A stretch of 64,000 nt of DNA from Minisyncoccota bacterium (lineage in GTDB: Bacteria; Patescibacteriota; Minisyncoccia; Phycocordibacterales; PALSA-1337), in the NCBI GenBank assembly GCA_041665325.1, contig JBAYJB010000001.1:61824-125823 (forward strand), given 5' to 3'. Shown here piece after piece: positions 37,514 through 46,245 of the stretch. Position numbers and translations under genes: made by a program. How positions within the stretch are numbered: position 1 is the stretch's first letter; each line of letters starts with the position of its first letter. The notes under the pieces are model-generated. The model worked only from the letters and a program-made list of their open reading frames with translations. It did not search any database and was not told the DNA's origin.

Positions 37514-38068
37514 GTGAATCCCGAAAAGAAACAGTTACAGAATATTGCTTTTGTTGATGGCCAGAATCTCCATCTTGGTACAAGGGGGAACTCTTGGGCC
37601 ATTGATCACATAAAGTTCAGAACATACCTCAAAGAGAAATATAAGATTGACGAGGCCTATTATTTCCTCGGTTTTATATCTACAGGTGAACAGGATCTTT
37701 ACGATAGGCTTCAAAAAGCTGGATTTATACTTAGTTTTCGTGAGCACCCAGCAAATCTGAAGGGTAGTAAGAAGGGAAATGTTGATTCAGATATCATTTT
37801 TAGCCTTATGAAGAAGCTAGTTGAGAATGAGCCGTTTGATAAAGCCTTCATCATATCGGGTGATGGGGATTATAAAAAATTAGTCGATTTTCTCATAAAA
37901 AGAGTTAAATTTGGGAAAATGCTTTTTCCAAACAATGGTAATGCATCATCACTTTATAAAGCGTTAGGTGGTGAATACTTCGATTTTCTTGATTCTCCGG
38001 ATGTGAGGGCAAAGATTGAATATACCCATGTATCGCGTAGTGCTCCCATAATGAAAAAGGCCCCTTAG
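37514..38068 (+). CDS. NYN-domain (LabA/DUF88, PIN-like) protein; GTG start; AT-rich
   Basis: IAFVDGQNLHLGTRG.. and FIISGDGDYKKLVDFL are the NYN signature. Confidence 0.65.
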   Translation: MNPEKKQLQNIAFVDGQNLHLGTRGNSWAIDHIKFRTYLKEKYKIDEAYYFLGFISTGEQDLYDRLQKAGFILSFREHPANLKGSKKGNVDSDIIFSLMKKLVENEPFDKAFIISGDGDYKKLVDFLIKRVKFGKMLFPNNGNASSLYKALGGEYFDFLDSPDVRAKIEYTHVSRSAPIMKKAP

Positions 38069-38205
38069 GTATTGCACCGTTCGGGTCCTTCTTCGTAGTT
38101 ATACATGACGAATATACCCGTTTTATATTACAAAGTCAAGTTTTGTGGGTGTGGATTATTTCGCTATTTAAAGGCTAGAATATGTAGGTATCCACACTAG
38201 GCCGA

Positions 38206-38249
38206 GATTTCAAATGGCAGCTGTGGTGGAAGTATGAGGTGAGGTAACG
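38206..38249 (+). repeat. att-like repeat R3, copy 1 (GATTTCAAATGGCAGCTGTGGTGGAAGTATGAGGTGAGGTAACG)
   Basis: Shares TTCAAATGGCAGC.G.GGTGG..TATGA..TGAGGTAA with copy 2 and TTCAAATGG.AGCCGGGGTGGGT with copy 0. Confidence 0.55.
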
Positions 38250-38334
38250 TCCTTGCATTTTGGTCTAATCTGTGGTTTCATCATTCATGAACTTAGCTGA
38301 AGAATTTAACCAATGGAAAAGGAGATATAGCTCT

Positions 38335-38919
38335 ATGAAAATGTCAGATTTCGCGGCTGTAACAGCCGTAGACCCACACGAGGAAACTGCGTTAGCTTAC
38401 CAGTATCCCCTTCCTCTAATCAGGACGAACTTCGTCAAACGTTTCCTCCTGAAGCGTGGTATACCTGCCAACGAGTATTATCACATGGATGTGTTCGACT
38501 GTGCTCGCAGCCCGCAATCACATGTAGGTCCATTCGTGAACGCGATCGATTTCTTGGTGCCTGACGGCACGATCGTGCTTGCGGCGCGTGATGGAGCGAT
38601 CATCGACATCAAAGAGGATTCTTCCGAATGGGGGGACAATCCCCGGTTCCGCGATAAGCTCAACTACGTGACTGTTGATCACGGAAATGGCGAGTTCTCG
38701 CAGTACTGCCACCTACGCAAAGGATCGGTCGCGGCTCTCGGTCTCAGTCTCAATCGGCTTGTCTCGGCCGGCCAGCAGATCGCCGTGGTTGGCAAAACCG
38801 GCTGGACCGATCGAGATCACCTGCACTTCATCGTCTTCAAGAAGGTTGAGGGCGGCGATGGCTTCAAGAGTCTGAAGATTCAATTCATCGGTAGTACCGA
38901 TTTTGACCCAAGCGTCTAA
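38335..38919 (+). CDS. M23 family (LytM-like) metallopeptidase
   Basis: HxxxD (HMDVFD), VTVDHGNGEFSQYCHL, GKTGWTDRDHLHF. The start at 38335 has an AAGGAG RBS 10 nt upstream. The longer ORF from 38272 overlaps repeat copy 1. Confidence 0.7.
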   Translation: MKMSDFAAVTAVDPHEETALAYQYPLPLIRTNFVKRFLLKRGIPANEYYHMDVFDCARSPQSHVGPFVNAIDFLVPDGTIVLAARDGAIIDIKEDSSEWGDNPRFRDKLNYVTVDHGNGEFSQYCHLRKGSVAALGLSLNRLVSAGQQIAVVGKTGWTDRDHLHFIVFKKVEGGDGFKSLKIQFIGSTDFDPSV

Positions 38920-38970
38920 GGGTCGATCCAACCACTCTCCCGGGTGACTGTAATGGTCATCCGGTTTTTT

Positions 38971-39028
38971 ATTCAAATGCATTTCAAATGGCAGCCGGGG
39001 TGGGTGTATGAATTGAGGTAATAAAACC
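38971..39028 (+). repeat. att-like repeat R3, copy 2 (ATTCAAATGCATTTCAAATGGCAGCCGGGGTGGGTGTATGAATTGAGGTAATAAAACC)
   Basis: Includes an internal partial duplication, ATTCAAATG. Confidence 0.55.
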
Positions 39029-39090
39029 TAAAACTCGGTTCGTTTGATTTAAATAAAAGTTATCGTTATACGTTTCTCAAATATCCTTAT

Positions 39091-39118
39091 TTGACATAAG
39101 AAGTATGAGGAATATAAT
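39091..39118 (+). promoter_or_regulatory. Consensus sigma70 promoter TTGACA-N16-TATAAT driving the AT-rich three-gene operon
   Basis: Both hexamers are perfect. The ATG at 39150 is about 25 nt downstream of the predicted TSS. Confidence 0.6.
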
Positions 39119-39149
39119 ATAACAATAACTATAAATATACTCTAACAAC

Positions 39150-39536
39150 ATGGCGTTAAAAGACCTAATACAAAATACAAATTCAACAGAGAAGGATTTA
39201 GAAAATATTCTAAAGAGTAGAGTAAAACTGCTCAAGATCAATGACCTTTACTCTGTCCACATAGAAAGGTCATTTTCTAAGACATTGGATCAAAAAAACA
39301 AAATTCTTTTCTATTTGGCAGGCAAACTAGCTTGGCAAATCTTAGAGAAGAATCAGATTTGGGTAAAACCAAAGGAGTTAGAATCTGAGCTTGGTATTAG
39401 TGGGGGTACAATAAGACCAAGTCTCCTTGCTTTCAAAAAGCATAAGTTTGTTGAGTATAACAAGAAAGATAAAGGCTATCGATTAACAGGAGTTGGTTTG
39501 TCTGAGCTTATAAAGTTCCAAGAGGAGCTTGAGTAA
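39150..39536 (+). CDS. Hypothetical winged-helix (wHTH) protein, gene 1 of the AT-rich operon
   Basis: 128 aa. PKELESELGISGGTIRPSLLAFKKHKFVEYNKKDKGYRLTGVGLSEL resembles MarR/ArsR-type wHTH. About 33% GC. Confidence 0.45.
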   Translation: MALKDLIQNTNSTEKDLENILKSRVKLLKINDLYSVHIERSFSKTLDQKNKILFYLAGKLAWQILEKNQIWVKPKELESELGISGGTIRPSLLAFKKHKFVEYNKKDKGYRLTGVGLSELIKFQEELE

Positions 39537-39541
39537 ATATC

Positions 39542-39970
39542 ATGGATAACGAAACGCTAAAAGAGATAAACAAAAAGCTTGATAAGATACTTTTTATTCT
39601 TGGTGGGCAAGTAAAAGAACCTATGAGAAGTAGGAGCCCCTCATCAGTAAAGTCACTACAAAAAGGTACTACTTTTGACGCGCACACCATTAACTTTAAT
39701 CAAAATAATCGGGCATTTTTCAAAAAATATATTGGAGACATGACCGGTCCAGAGAAGTATACTCTGACCTTGGCTTTTTGCGCAAAAGGGAAAATAGGTC
39801 TACCTGTAGAATCAGAAAAAATAAATAACCTCTGGAATAAACTGTTTGTAATTTTCGGAGGTAAGCTAACTTCACGTACTTATGCGACTAGGGCAAAAGA
39901 AAAGGGTTGGATCGACTCTAATAAGCATGGTGAATATTTTCTAAGAGATCAGTGGGCAGCGATATTCTAA
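39542..39970 (+). CDS. Hypothetical protein, gene 2; carries a domain paralogous to the N-terminus of gene 3
   Basis: MTGPEKYTLTLAFCAKGKIGLPVESEKINNLWNK...YATRAKEKGWID aligns with MTGEEKFLALGVIISQEKIDLDISASDVRSKWSK...YYRAESKGWVI of the next gene. Confidence 0.45.
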   Translation: MDNETLKEINKKLDKILFILGGQVKEPMRSRSPSSVKSLQKGTTFDAHTINFNQNNRAFFKKYIGDMTGPEKYTLTLAFCAKGKIGLPVESEKINNLWNKLFVIFGGKLTSRTYATRAKEKGWIDSNKHGEYFLRDQWAAIF

Positions 39971-39977
39971 GTAAACC

Positions 39978-40742
39978 ATGTTTGATTATAAACACAAAAG
40001 TTTATTAGCTTTATTAAGCGGACTACCCTTAGATTCAATGACTGGGGAAGAAAAGTTCCTTGCGTTAGGAGTGATAATTTCTCAGGAAAAGATTGATCTC
40101 GATATCTCTGCTTCAGATGTAAGGAGTAAGTGGTCTAAGGGTTTACTTGGGAAATATAATCCAGGTTATTACTACCGGGCCGAATCAAAAGGGTGGGTAA
40201 TTCCCGATGATGCAGAGCATAATAAGTTTATTGTTACCCCTGAGGGTTTTAAACATCTTAAAACCACCATAGGCCATGAAGAGAAAGACGAACTACTAAA
40301 TCCAAAAGAAGTAAGAAAGACAGGTAAACTTTTTATTTTCAACAAATCAAGCGCGTACAGCTTCGATAAGTTTATTAGGAATATTCTAAAAAATGCTAAA
40401 AGTAGGGTTTTAATAGCAGATTCATATGTAGATGAGACAATATTTGATAATCATCTTGAAACTTTACCCAACGACCTAATTATAAAAGTCCTCTTTATGA
40501 ATGACTCTGGCTCATTCGGCGCAAGAATGAAAAGATTCAAGGTTCAATTTAAGAAATCAGATTTCAAAAAGTATAAAGATTTACACGATAGATTTATTAT
40601 TGTAGATGATATTGCTTATATTATAGGGCCATCAATAAAAGATGCTGCGGCCAATAGCCCAGCAATTGTTGTGGGTCTTAATCAACAGGAAACTTTGCTC
40701 ATTAGTAATTTTTTTAGCGACATTTGGAAATTAGGCAAATAG
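39978..40742 (+). CDS. Hypothetical two-domain protein, gene 3: N-terminal domain shared with gene 2, plus a C-terminal PLD-like (HKD-variant HxR..D..GPS) putative nuclease domain
   Basis: The C-terminal ..KYKDLHDRFIIVDDIAYIIGPSIKD fits HxK-x4-D-x6-G(S)xN with K replaced by R, and there is a preceding RVLIADSYVD strand. This is an inference from motif spacing only. Confidence 0.4.
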   Translation: MFDYKHKSLLALLSGLPLDSMTGEEKFLALGVIISQEKIDLDISASDVRSKWSKGLLGKYNPGYYYRAESKGWVIPDDAEHNKFIVTPEGFKHLKTTIGHEEKDELLNPKEVRKTGKLFIFNKSSAYSFDKFIRNILKNAKSRVLIADSYVDETIFDNHLETLPNDLIIKVLFMNDSGSFGARMKRFKVQFKKSDFKKYKDLHDRFIIVDDIAYIIGPSIKDAAANSPAIVVGLNQQETLLISNFFSDIWKLGK

Positions 40743-40768
40743 ATTTTGTTTGCTGATATACTGTCAGC

Positions 40769-41923
40769 ATGGAACCCCTCGCCAACAAAATACGACCACA
40801 GACGCTCAAGACCTTCGTCGGTCAGGAGCATCTGGTCGGTCCGGGCAAGCCTCTGCGCAAAGCTATCGAGGACAAGCATCTCTTCTCGTTCATCTTCTGG
40901 GGGCCGCCAGGAGTCGGCAAGACCACGCTCGCCCGCATCTATGCCCGTGCCCTCGATGCCCGGCTCTATGAGCTCTCGGCCGTCTCGGCGGGCAAGGACG
41001 ACATCCGCAAGATCGTGGAGGCGCCGGATACGCTCATGGATGCTCGGCCCAAGGTCCTATTCCTCGACGAGATCCACCGCTTCAACAAGGCTCAGCAGGA
41101 CTTCCTGTTGCCGTATGTGGAGTCGGGCAAGCTGACCCTCATCGGCGCTACGACCGAGAATCCTTCGTTTGAGATCATATCGGCTCTCTTGTCGCGCTGT
41201 AGGGTATTCGTGCTCAAGTCCTTGTCCGAGGAAGACCTCCGGGCCATCGTGAAGAGCACCAAGCTAAAGGTGCCCAAGGAGGCTCTGGAATGGCTGGTGG
41301 CACTCGCGAACGGCGATGCCAGGATCGCCATCACGGCTCTCGAGAATTGCGAGCGCCTCTACGGCGCGGTCACGCTCGCTCACCTCAAGGATACCTTCGA
41401 GCACGCCTTCATCCGCTTCGACAAGAAGGGCGAGGAGCACTACGACACTATTTCTGCGTATATAAAGAGTATGAGGGCTGGCGATGCTGATGCGGCTCTT
41501 TACTACCTCGCACGAATGATTGAGGGCGGTGAAGATCCGAAGTTTATAGCTAGGAGGATGGTCATATTTGCCTCGGAGGACATCGGACTGGCTCAGCCGA
41601 CGGCGCTGGTAGTCGCCAATGCTGTCTTTGCGGCCGTCGATGTCATCGGCATGCCTGAAGCGCAGATCAATCTGGCGCATGGCACGGCCTACTTGGCTCT
41701 AGCCGCCAAAGACCGTAGCGCTCATGACGGCTATTTCGAGGCCCTCGATGATGTGAAGAAGACGGGGAACTTGCTTGTGCCTCTCAAGATCAGGAATGCA
41801 CCGACCAAGCTCATGAAGGAGATGGGTTATGGCAAAGACTATAATAAGTACGATAAGAGCGGATATCTACCGGAGAAACTGAAAGGGAAGAGGTATCTAA
41901 AGACGAAAAAGAAGGGGGATTGA
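40769..41923 (+). CDS. rarA: Replication-associated recombination protein A (MgsA/RarA AAA+ ATPase)
   Basis: [46 protein letters not shown]. Confidence 0.85.
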   Translation: MEPLANKIRPQTLKTFVGQEHLVGPGKPLRKAIEDKHLFSFIFWGPPGVGKTTLARIYARALDARLYELSAVSAGKDDIRKIVEAPDTLMDARPKVLFLDEIHRFNKAQQDFLLPYVESGKLTLIGATTENPSFEIISALLSRCRVFVLKSLSEEDLRAIVKSTKLKVPKEALEWLVALANGDARIAITALENCERLYGAVTLAHLKDTFEHAFIRFDKKGEEHYDTISAYIKSMRAGDADAALYYLARMIEGGEDPKFIARRMVIFASEDIGLAQPTALVVANAVFAAVDVIGMPEAQINLAHGTAYLALAAKDRSAHDGYFEALDDVKKTGNLLVPLKIRNAPTKLMKEMGYGKDYNKYDKSGYLPEKLKGKRYLKTKKKGD

Positions 41924-42006
41924 CATACTGGTTTATTGTGTGAGAGGGTGTATTCAAATCACACGGGTGATCTTTCCAACCAAGGACTCTCAACCCAAAA
42001 CTAGCC

Positions 42007-42387
42007 ATGAATACACACTTCACTCGGGCTACGCCCGACCGGTTGGGGGCGCATGTCAATGCTAGCTTCAGCCAACCGGCCTACGAGAAAACCCTTTCTT
42101 TCGCTGTGCGTTGGGCCTTCCTATCGGAAGCCTGGCTCAATGAGAAGATGGGTGATCTCGAAGAGATCTTCCCGCTCACAGCTGAGGATGCCGATCCGCT
42201 GAAGGTCATCTCGGTCACCATGCTCGATCATGCGGCTAAGGTGATCATGCCGGACATCTGGATCCACGGCCACCGTCTAGCGCATTGGTACAAGAGCCCC
42301 GCCGGTCAGCAGTTCATGAATGACTTCGTGGGCAATCGTCCGGCCTTCATCAACGATGTTCCGGTCGTGTTTCCGCCGGCACCTTGA
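42007..42387 (+). CDS. Hypothetical protein (paralog pair member 1)
   Basis: FAVRWAFLSEAWLNEKMG and WYKSPAGQQFMNDFVGNRPAFIND align with the next gene. It is followed by a terminator-like hairpin near 42395..42440. Confidence 0.45.
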   Translation: MNTHFTRATPDRLGAHVNASFSQPAYEKTLSFAVRWAFLSEAWLNEKMGDLEEIFPLTAEDADPLKVISVTMLDHAAKVIMPDIWIHGHRLAHWYKSPAGQQFMNDFVGNRPAFINDVPVVFPPAP

Positions 42388-42533
42388 TCAGGGATGATAT
42401 GTTCACTCCCTCGGCCTGCACAACTTGTTGCGGGCCTTTTTGTTTGACAAACTGTGTTGTTTATGGGAGATTGCAGTCTGAATCGTACGGATGATTCTTG
42501 ATAATTTGCCTGAAAACCCTCAACCCTAAGGTT

Positions 42534-42923
42534 ATGTTAAAACCAAACCCGATCGCCAGATTCACCCGCCACAAGGAAAACATTTGGCGTAATTATGTGC
42601 AGTTGAGCGCTCGCGACGAAACCCTCGTCCCGGTGCTCGAATTCGCGGCCCGCTGGGCCTGTGGCATGGAACGGCGGTTGGATCACTTCGGTGAACCCCT
42701 CGACAAATCAGCTGTCGCTCAAGCCACCACAGCTGACCCGGAATCGCTCACGCCCGACATGCTCGACATGGTCGTGCATATCCTGTGGGAAGTTGATTGG
42801 CTTTACGCCAGGATGCTGGTGATGTGGTATCGCACGCCGATTGGCCAGGACTTCCGTGTCTCGCTCGACAACGCTCGTCCGGCAGTCGTGACAATCCAAC
42901 CCTCAACAAGCCCCGCATCATGA
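42534..42923 (+). CDS. Hypothetical protein (paralog pair member 2)
   Basis: FAARWACGMERRLDHFG and WYRTPIGQDFRVSLDNARPAVVTI. ATG at 42534 is preferred over the TTG at 42498. Confidence 0.45.
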   Translation: MLKPNPIARFTRHKENIWRNYVQLSARDETLVPVLEFAARWACGMERRLDHFGEPLDKSAVAQATTADPESLTPDMLDMVVHILWEVDWLYARMLVMWYRTPIGQDFRVSLDNARPAVVTIQPSTSPAS

Positions 42924-43255
42924 CACCTATTCTCGTACCATTTACGCCTACGGTTACTAAGCGGCAGATCGTCACCAAGACTCCCATCGAGCTCGGCCTC
43001 GATCCGACTGCCACCAAGTTCTCCAAGAAGTCAGTCGAGGACGCTGCCATGCTCCAAGGATTAATCCTGGCTACCGGATTGGACATCCATCACTTCGGCA
43101 AAAATGGCGAGCAGGTGTGCGCTGTGCGGCACTGGGTTGAAGGCGGTGCATATCTTTTTGTCGATGAATCCGGATGTCCGTGCGTTGGGGTATGCTTCGG
43201 GGAAATGATCTTTCCTAAAGAAGCCGCCATCATGTTCATTGAGGAAATCCCTTGA
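42920..43255 (+). CDS. Hypothetical protein (111 aa)
   Basis: ATG at 42920 (MTPILVPFTPTV..) overlapping the previous stop. No recognised family. Confidence 0.35.
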   Translation: MTPILVPFTPTVTKRQIVTKTPIELGLDPTATKFSKKSVEDAAMLQGLILATGLDIHHFGKNGEQVCAVRHWVEGGAYLFVDESGCPCVGVCFGEMIFPKEAAIMFIEEIP

Positions 43256-43306
43256 CCATTGCCAGGATTTCCATCTCGGGGCCCGTTCGAAAGTTCGGGC
43301 TCTTTT

Positions 43307-44215
43307 TTATTGGCAGAGTTTGATGAGCGCCTTCAGATCGACTGGTTGATACACCCAGGTGATCCTCTTATCTTTTTTAAACCAAGTCATCTGGCGCTTG
43401 GCGTACTGCCAGATCTTGGTCGAGAGCTCATCGATGAGATGCTCCAAAGTGAATTTGTTGTCGAGGTATTGAGCGAGATAGCGGTACTCGAGGCCGAGCT
43501 CGTCCATGCGCTCGGAAGTGAGACCCGAACCCTCTGGTGGGGCGGCCATGAGTTTTCGTGCTTCGTCTGGCATGCCGTGCTCCAAGCGTTTGACCAGGCG
43601 GTCGAAGATGCGGTTCTTGAGCTGGGTGTTGGACATGGTCAGGCCGATCTGGATCGCTTCATACTTCGGCTCCGCCGGCTTCTCGATCGGCGGCACATAG
43701 CCCAATTTGTTCGCGATGATGATCGCTCTGGAGAGGCGGCGTTTGTTCTTCAGATCGATAGTCAGGGCCCGTTTCGGGTCCAACTTTTTGAGCATTTCAA
43801 ATAATTCCTCGACCGGTTTCTCTTCTAAGGCTTTCTGTTCCTCGGTGTCGGCCTCGACTTCCGGGAAGCCTAGATTGTCCACAAGTGTCGAGATATAGAA
43901 TCCCGTGCCGCCGCAGACGATGGGCAGTTTGCCGCGTTTCAGGATGTCATCTATAGCTTGCTCTGCTGCGCGTTTCCAGTCCATGGCTGTAAATCGATCC
44001 TGTGGATCGGCTATATCGAGGCAGTGGTGCGGTACGCCCCTCATCTCGGCCAGTGTGATCTTGCCCGTGCCGATGTCGAGGCCCTTGTAGACTTGGCGTG
44101 AATCAGCCGAGATCACTTCGCCGCCGAGTTTGAGGGCCAGCTCCACAGCGATGTCGCTTTTGCCGATGGCGGTGGGCCCTAGGATGACCAAGATGCGTGG
44201 GAGTTGATTTTTCAT
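43307..44215 (-). CDS. miaA: tRNA dimethylallyltransferase
   Basis: P-loop ILVILGPTAIGKSDIAVELA ... ISADSRQVYKGLDIGTGK. Confidence 0.9.
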   Translation of the reverse strand: MKNQLPRILVILGPTAIGKSDIAVELALKLGGEVISADSRQVYKGLDIGTGKITLAEMRGVPHHCLDIADPQDRFTAMDWKRAAEQAIDDILKRGKLPIVCGGTGFYISTLVDNLGFPEVEADTEEQKALEEKPVEELFEMLKKLDPKRALTIDLKNKRRLSRAIIIANKLGYVPPIEKPAEPKYEAIQIGLTMSNTQLKNRIFDRLVKRLEHGMPDEARKLMAAPPEGSGLTSERMDELGLEYRYLAQYLDNKFTLEHLIDELSTKIWQYAKRQMTWFKKDKRITWVYQPVDLKALIKLCQ

Positions 44216-44236
44216 CAGAGTTAAGTAATATCAGTT

Positions 44237-44557
44237 ATGGCGTTCGTTTGCAATCGAAACTTCAACCCCATTCGTCTTATGTTGCTCGCTCCCGGTTCGC
44301 TCACACCTACTAATAGTATTGGTCACGGAGGAAGGGATCTCATGCTCCCACTCCCGGCGGCACCGAAATCAGCTCCTGATCCGGCTATCGCCCGCGATCG
44401 TATCATCGCGCTCAAGAATCGCGGCCAGCTCATCAAGGGCAGCCTGGATTTCTTCACGGTCAAGGACCACGCCGGCTTCATCGCGCAGTTCGAAAGTGCG
44501 CTGGCCAAGGCGCGTGCCGCCCTCAAGGAGATCGATCCGGATCACCTCATCCCGTGA
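44237..44557 (+). CDS. Hypothetical protein (106 aa), followed by terminator CGCCCGCACCA-CTTGTT-TGGTGCGGGC + T5
   Basis: ORF with a downstream intrinsic terminator at 44586..44615. Confidence 0.3.
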   Translation: MAFVCNRNFNPIRLMLLAPGSLTPTNSIGHGGRDLMLPLPAAPKSAPDPAIARDRIIALKNRGQLIKGSLDFFTVKDHAGFIAQFESALAKARAALKEIDPDHLIP

Positions 44558-44631
44558 TTCTTGATGGAGTTGCTGTCGTCACCTCGCCCGCACCACTTGT
44601 TTGGTGCGGGCTTTTTGTATGTGCACACAAA

Positions 44632-45141
44632 TCATTCCTTTTGCATGGAAATTTCTTTGATAAATTCCAAGCTATTTCTACAAACTCTAGTGACAAACTT
44701 TCTTTTTCCAGTTTTCTGAACGGAGCTCTGAGTCGTACTCCTGTACCCCAGGCTATCGATCATGATTTGCACATCCTGAGAAAGTCCGTGGATGATGGTG
44801 GTAAAATTTGCGTAAGTATATGATCTATCTTTATAAACCGACCCGTCAGTTTCAAATAAGCCTCGTAAGCAATTACGAACATATTCCTTTTTGCCAAATA
44901 CCCACGCAGGAACCCTGATGTTCTGTTCAAACTTTGAACCAGCAAGAGCCTTCCAACCCAGAATTGCTTCCAGCTCATTCGAATATACACATACATTGGA
45001 AAGATTGCCATTTCCAATAGCGAAACCTATGACATAGGCAGTGTTTGAACTACGGTGATCCATTGTGCCAGAGGCGGGACTTGCACCCGCAAGCCTTTCG
45101 GCGACCGATTTTGAGTCGATTGTGTTTGCTAATTTCACCAC
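44632..45141 (-). CDS. Free-standing LAGLIDADG-family homing-endonuclease-like protein (motif 1 degenerate, motif 2 intact); GTG start
   Basis: YVIGFAIGNGNLS (acidic residues replaced) and NCLRGLFETDGSVYKD (canonical). The motifs are only about 56 aa apart, so the N-terminal half looks truncated or degenerate. Confidence 0.55.
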   Translation of the reverse strand: MVKLANTIDSKSVAERLAGASPASGTMDHRSSNTAYVIGFAIGNGNLSNVCVYSNELEAILGWKALAGSKFEQNIRVPAWVFGKKEYVRNCLRGLFETDGSVYKDRSYTYANFTTIIHGLSQDVQIMIDSLGYRSTTQSSVQKTGKRKFVTRVCRNSLEFIKEISMQKE

Positions 45142-45186
45142 TCTGGCCTAGGCACAGTCTACAATAACTTATGTTAAAATACACGC

Positions 45187-46200
45187 ATGTCCGCCGCATA
45201 TGAGAACAACGCTGTCTTCTGGGTCGAGGTCGGCAAGATCGCCCCGAACCCATATCAGCCCAGGCAGGAATTCGACCAGGCCAAGCTCCGCGACCTCGCC
45301 GAGTCCATCCGCATGTACGGCGTCCTCCAGCCGCTCATCGTCACGCGCAAGGAAGTCTATCGCGAGGATGGCGGCATGGGCGTCGAGTATGAGCTCATCT
45401 CCGGCGAGCGCCGCCTGCGCGCCGCTAAGCTGGCTAGCCTTGTCCAAGTACCGGTACTCATCCGGAATGGTGAGGAGAGCGCTCGCGTCAAGCTAGAGAT
45501 CGCCATCATCGAGAATCTCCAGCGTGAGGACCTCAACCCGGTAGATCGGGCGCGCTCCTTTGACCGCTTGGCCAACGAATTCAAGCTCAAGCAGTCCGAG
45601 ATCGCCATCAAGGTAGGCAAGAGCCGTGAATACGTCTCGAACTCTCTGCGCATCCTCGCTCTGCCGCCCGAGATGGTCATGGCTCTAGAGGAGGGTAAGA
45701 TCTCCGAAGGGCATACCCGCCCACTCCTCATGTTGACCGATCGCAAGGCCGAGCAGGAAGTGCTCTTCCGGGAGATCATCCTGAAGAAGCTCACCGTCCG
45801 CGAGGCCGAGTCATTGTCGCGCCGCGTGGCCGTCGATCGCATCCGCAACAAGGCCAAGTACCTCGACCCGGTTATCATCGAGATGGAGAAATCATTTACC
45901 GAATCCCTCGGCACCCGCGTGCGCATCGAAAAGAACAAGGAGGGTGGCACGGTCACCATCGATTTCTTCTCGCCAGACGATCTGCGGGCCATCTTAGAAA
46001 AAATGCATCCGATGATGCCTGTCGTCTCCGCAGGCGGGAGCAGTGCTCCGCGAGGAGGAGGCGTAGCCGAGGATCGAGCGGATGTACTGCTGCCGCCGAG
46101 AGGAGACGGTGATGCTGCGCCGGTAGATGACCGCGCTCCTTCTGACGCCACCAAGGAAGACAACCAGGACCTCTACTCGCTCAAAGATTTCTCCATATAA
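45187..46200 (+). CDS. parB: Chromosome partitioning protein ParB
   Basis: IAPNPYQPRQEF..LAESIRMYGVLQPLIV..ELISGERRLRAAKLA plus HTH and C-terminal dimerisation region. No parA adjacent. Confidence 0.85.
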   Translation: MSAAYENNAVFWVEVGKIAPNPYQPRQEFDQAKLRDLAESIRMYGVLQPLIVTRKEVYREDGGMGVEYELISGERRLRAAKLASLVQVPVLIRNGEESARVKLEIAIIENLQREDLNPVDRARSFDRLANEFKLKQSEIAIKVGKSREYVSNSLRILALPPEMVMALEEGKISEGHTRPLLMLTDRKAEQEVLFREIILKKLTVREAESLSRRVAVDRIRNKAKYLDPVIIEMEKSFTESLGTRVRIEKNKEGGTVTIDFFSPDDLRAILEKMHPMMPVVSAGGSSAPRGGGVAEDRADVLLPPRGDGDAAPVDDRAPSDATKEDNQDLYSLKDFSI

Positions 46201-46245
46201 AAAAGCCGCGCTGTGCGAGCGCGGCGGGGATACTGGAGGGCTTGT

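Noticed and set aside
38272-38334. Longer start (38272) for the M23 peptidase
   Set aside because: It would begin inside att-like repeat copy 1 and lacks an RBS. The ATG at 38335 has an AAGGAG site 10 nt upstream.
31073-40768. Calling the whole tRNA-Trp-to-rarA interval a single integrated prophage or ICE
   Set aside because: There is no integrase, capsid, terminase or conjugation genes, and lexA and Nudix look chromosomal. The evidence supports several small cassette insertions (T1, T2, R3 repeats) rather than one large element.
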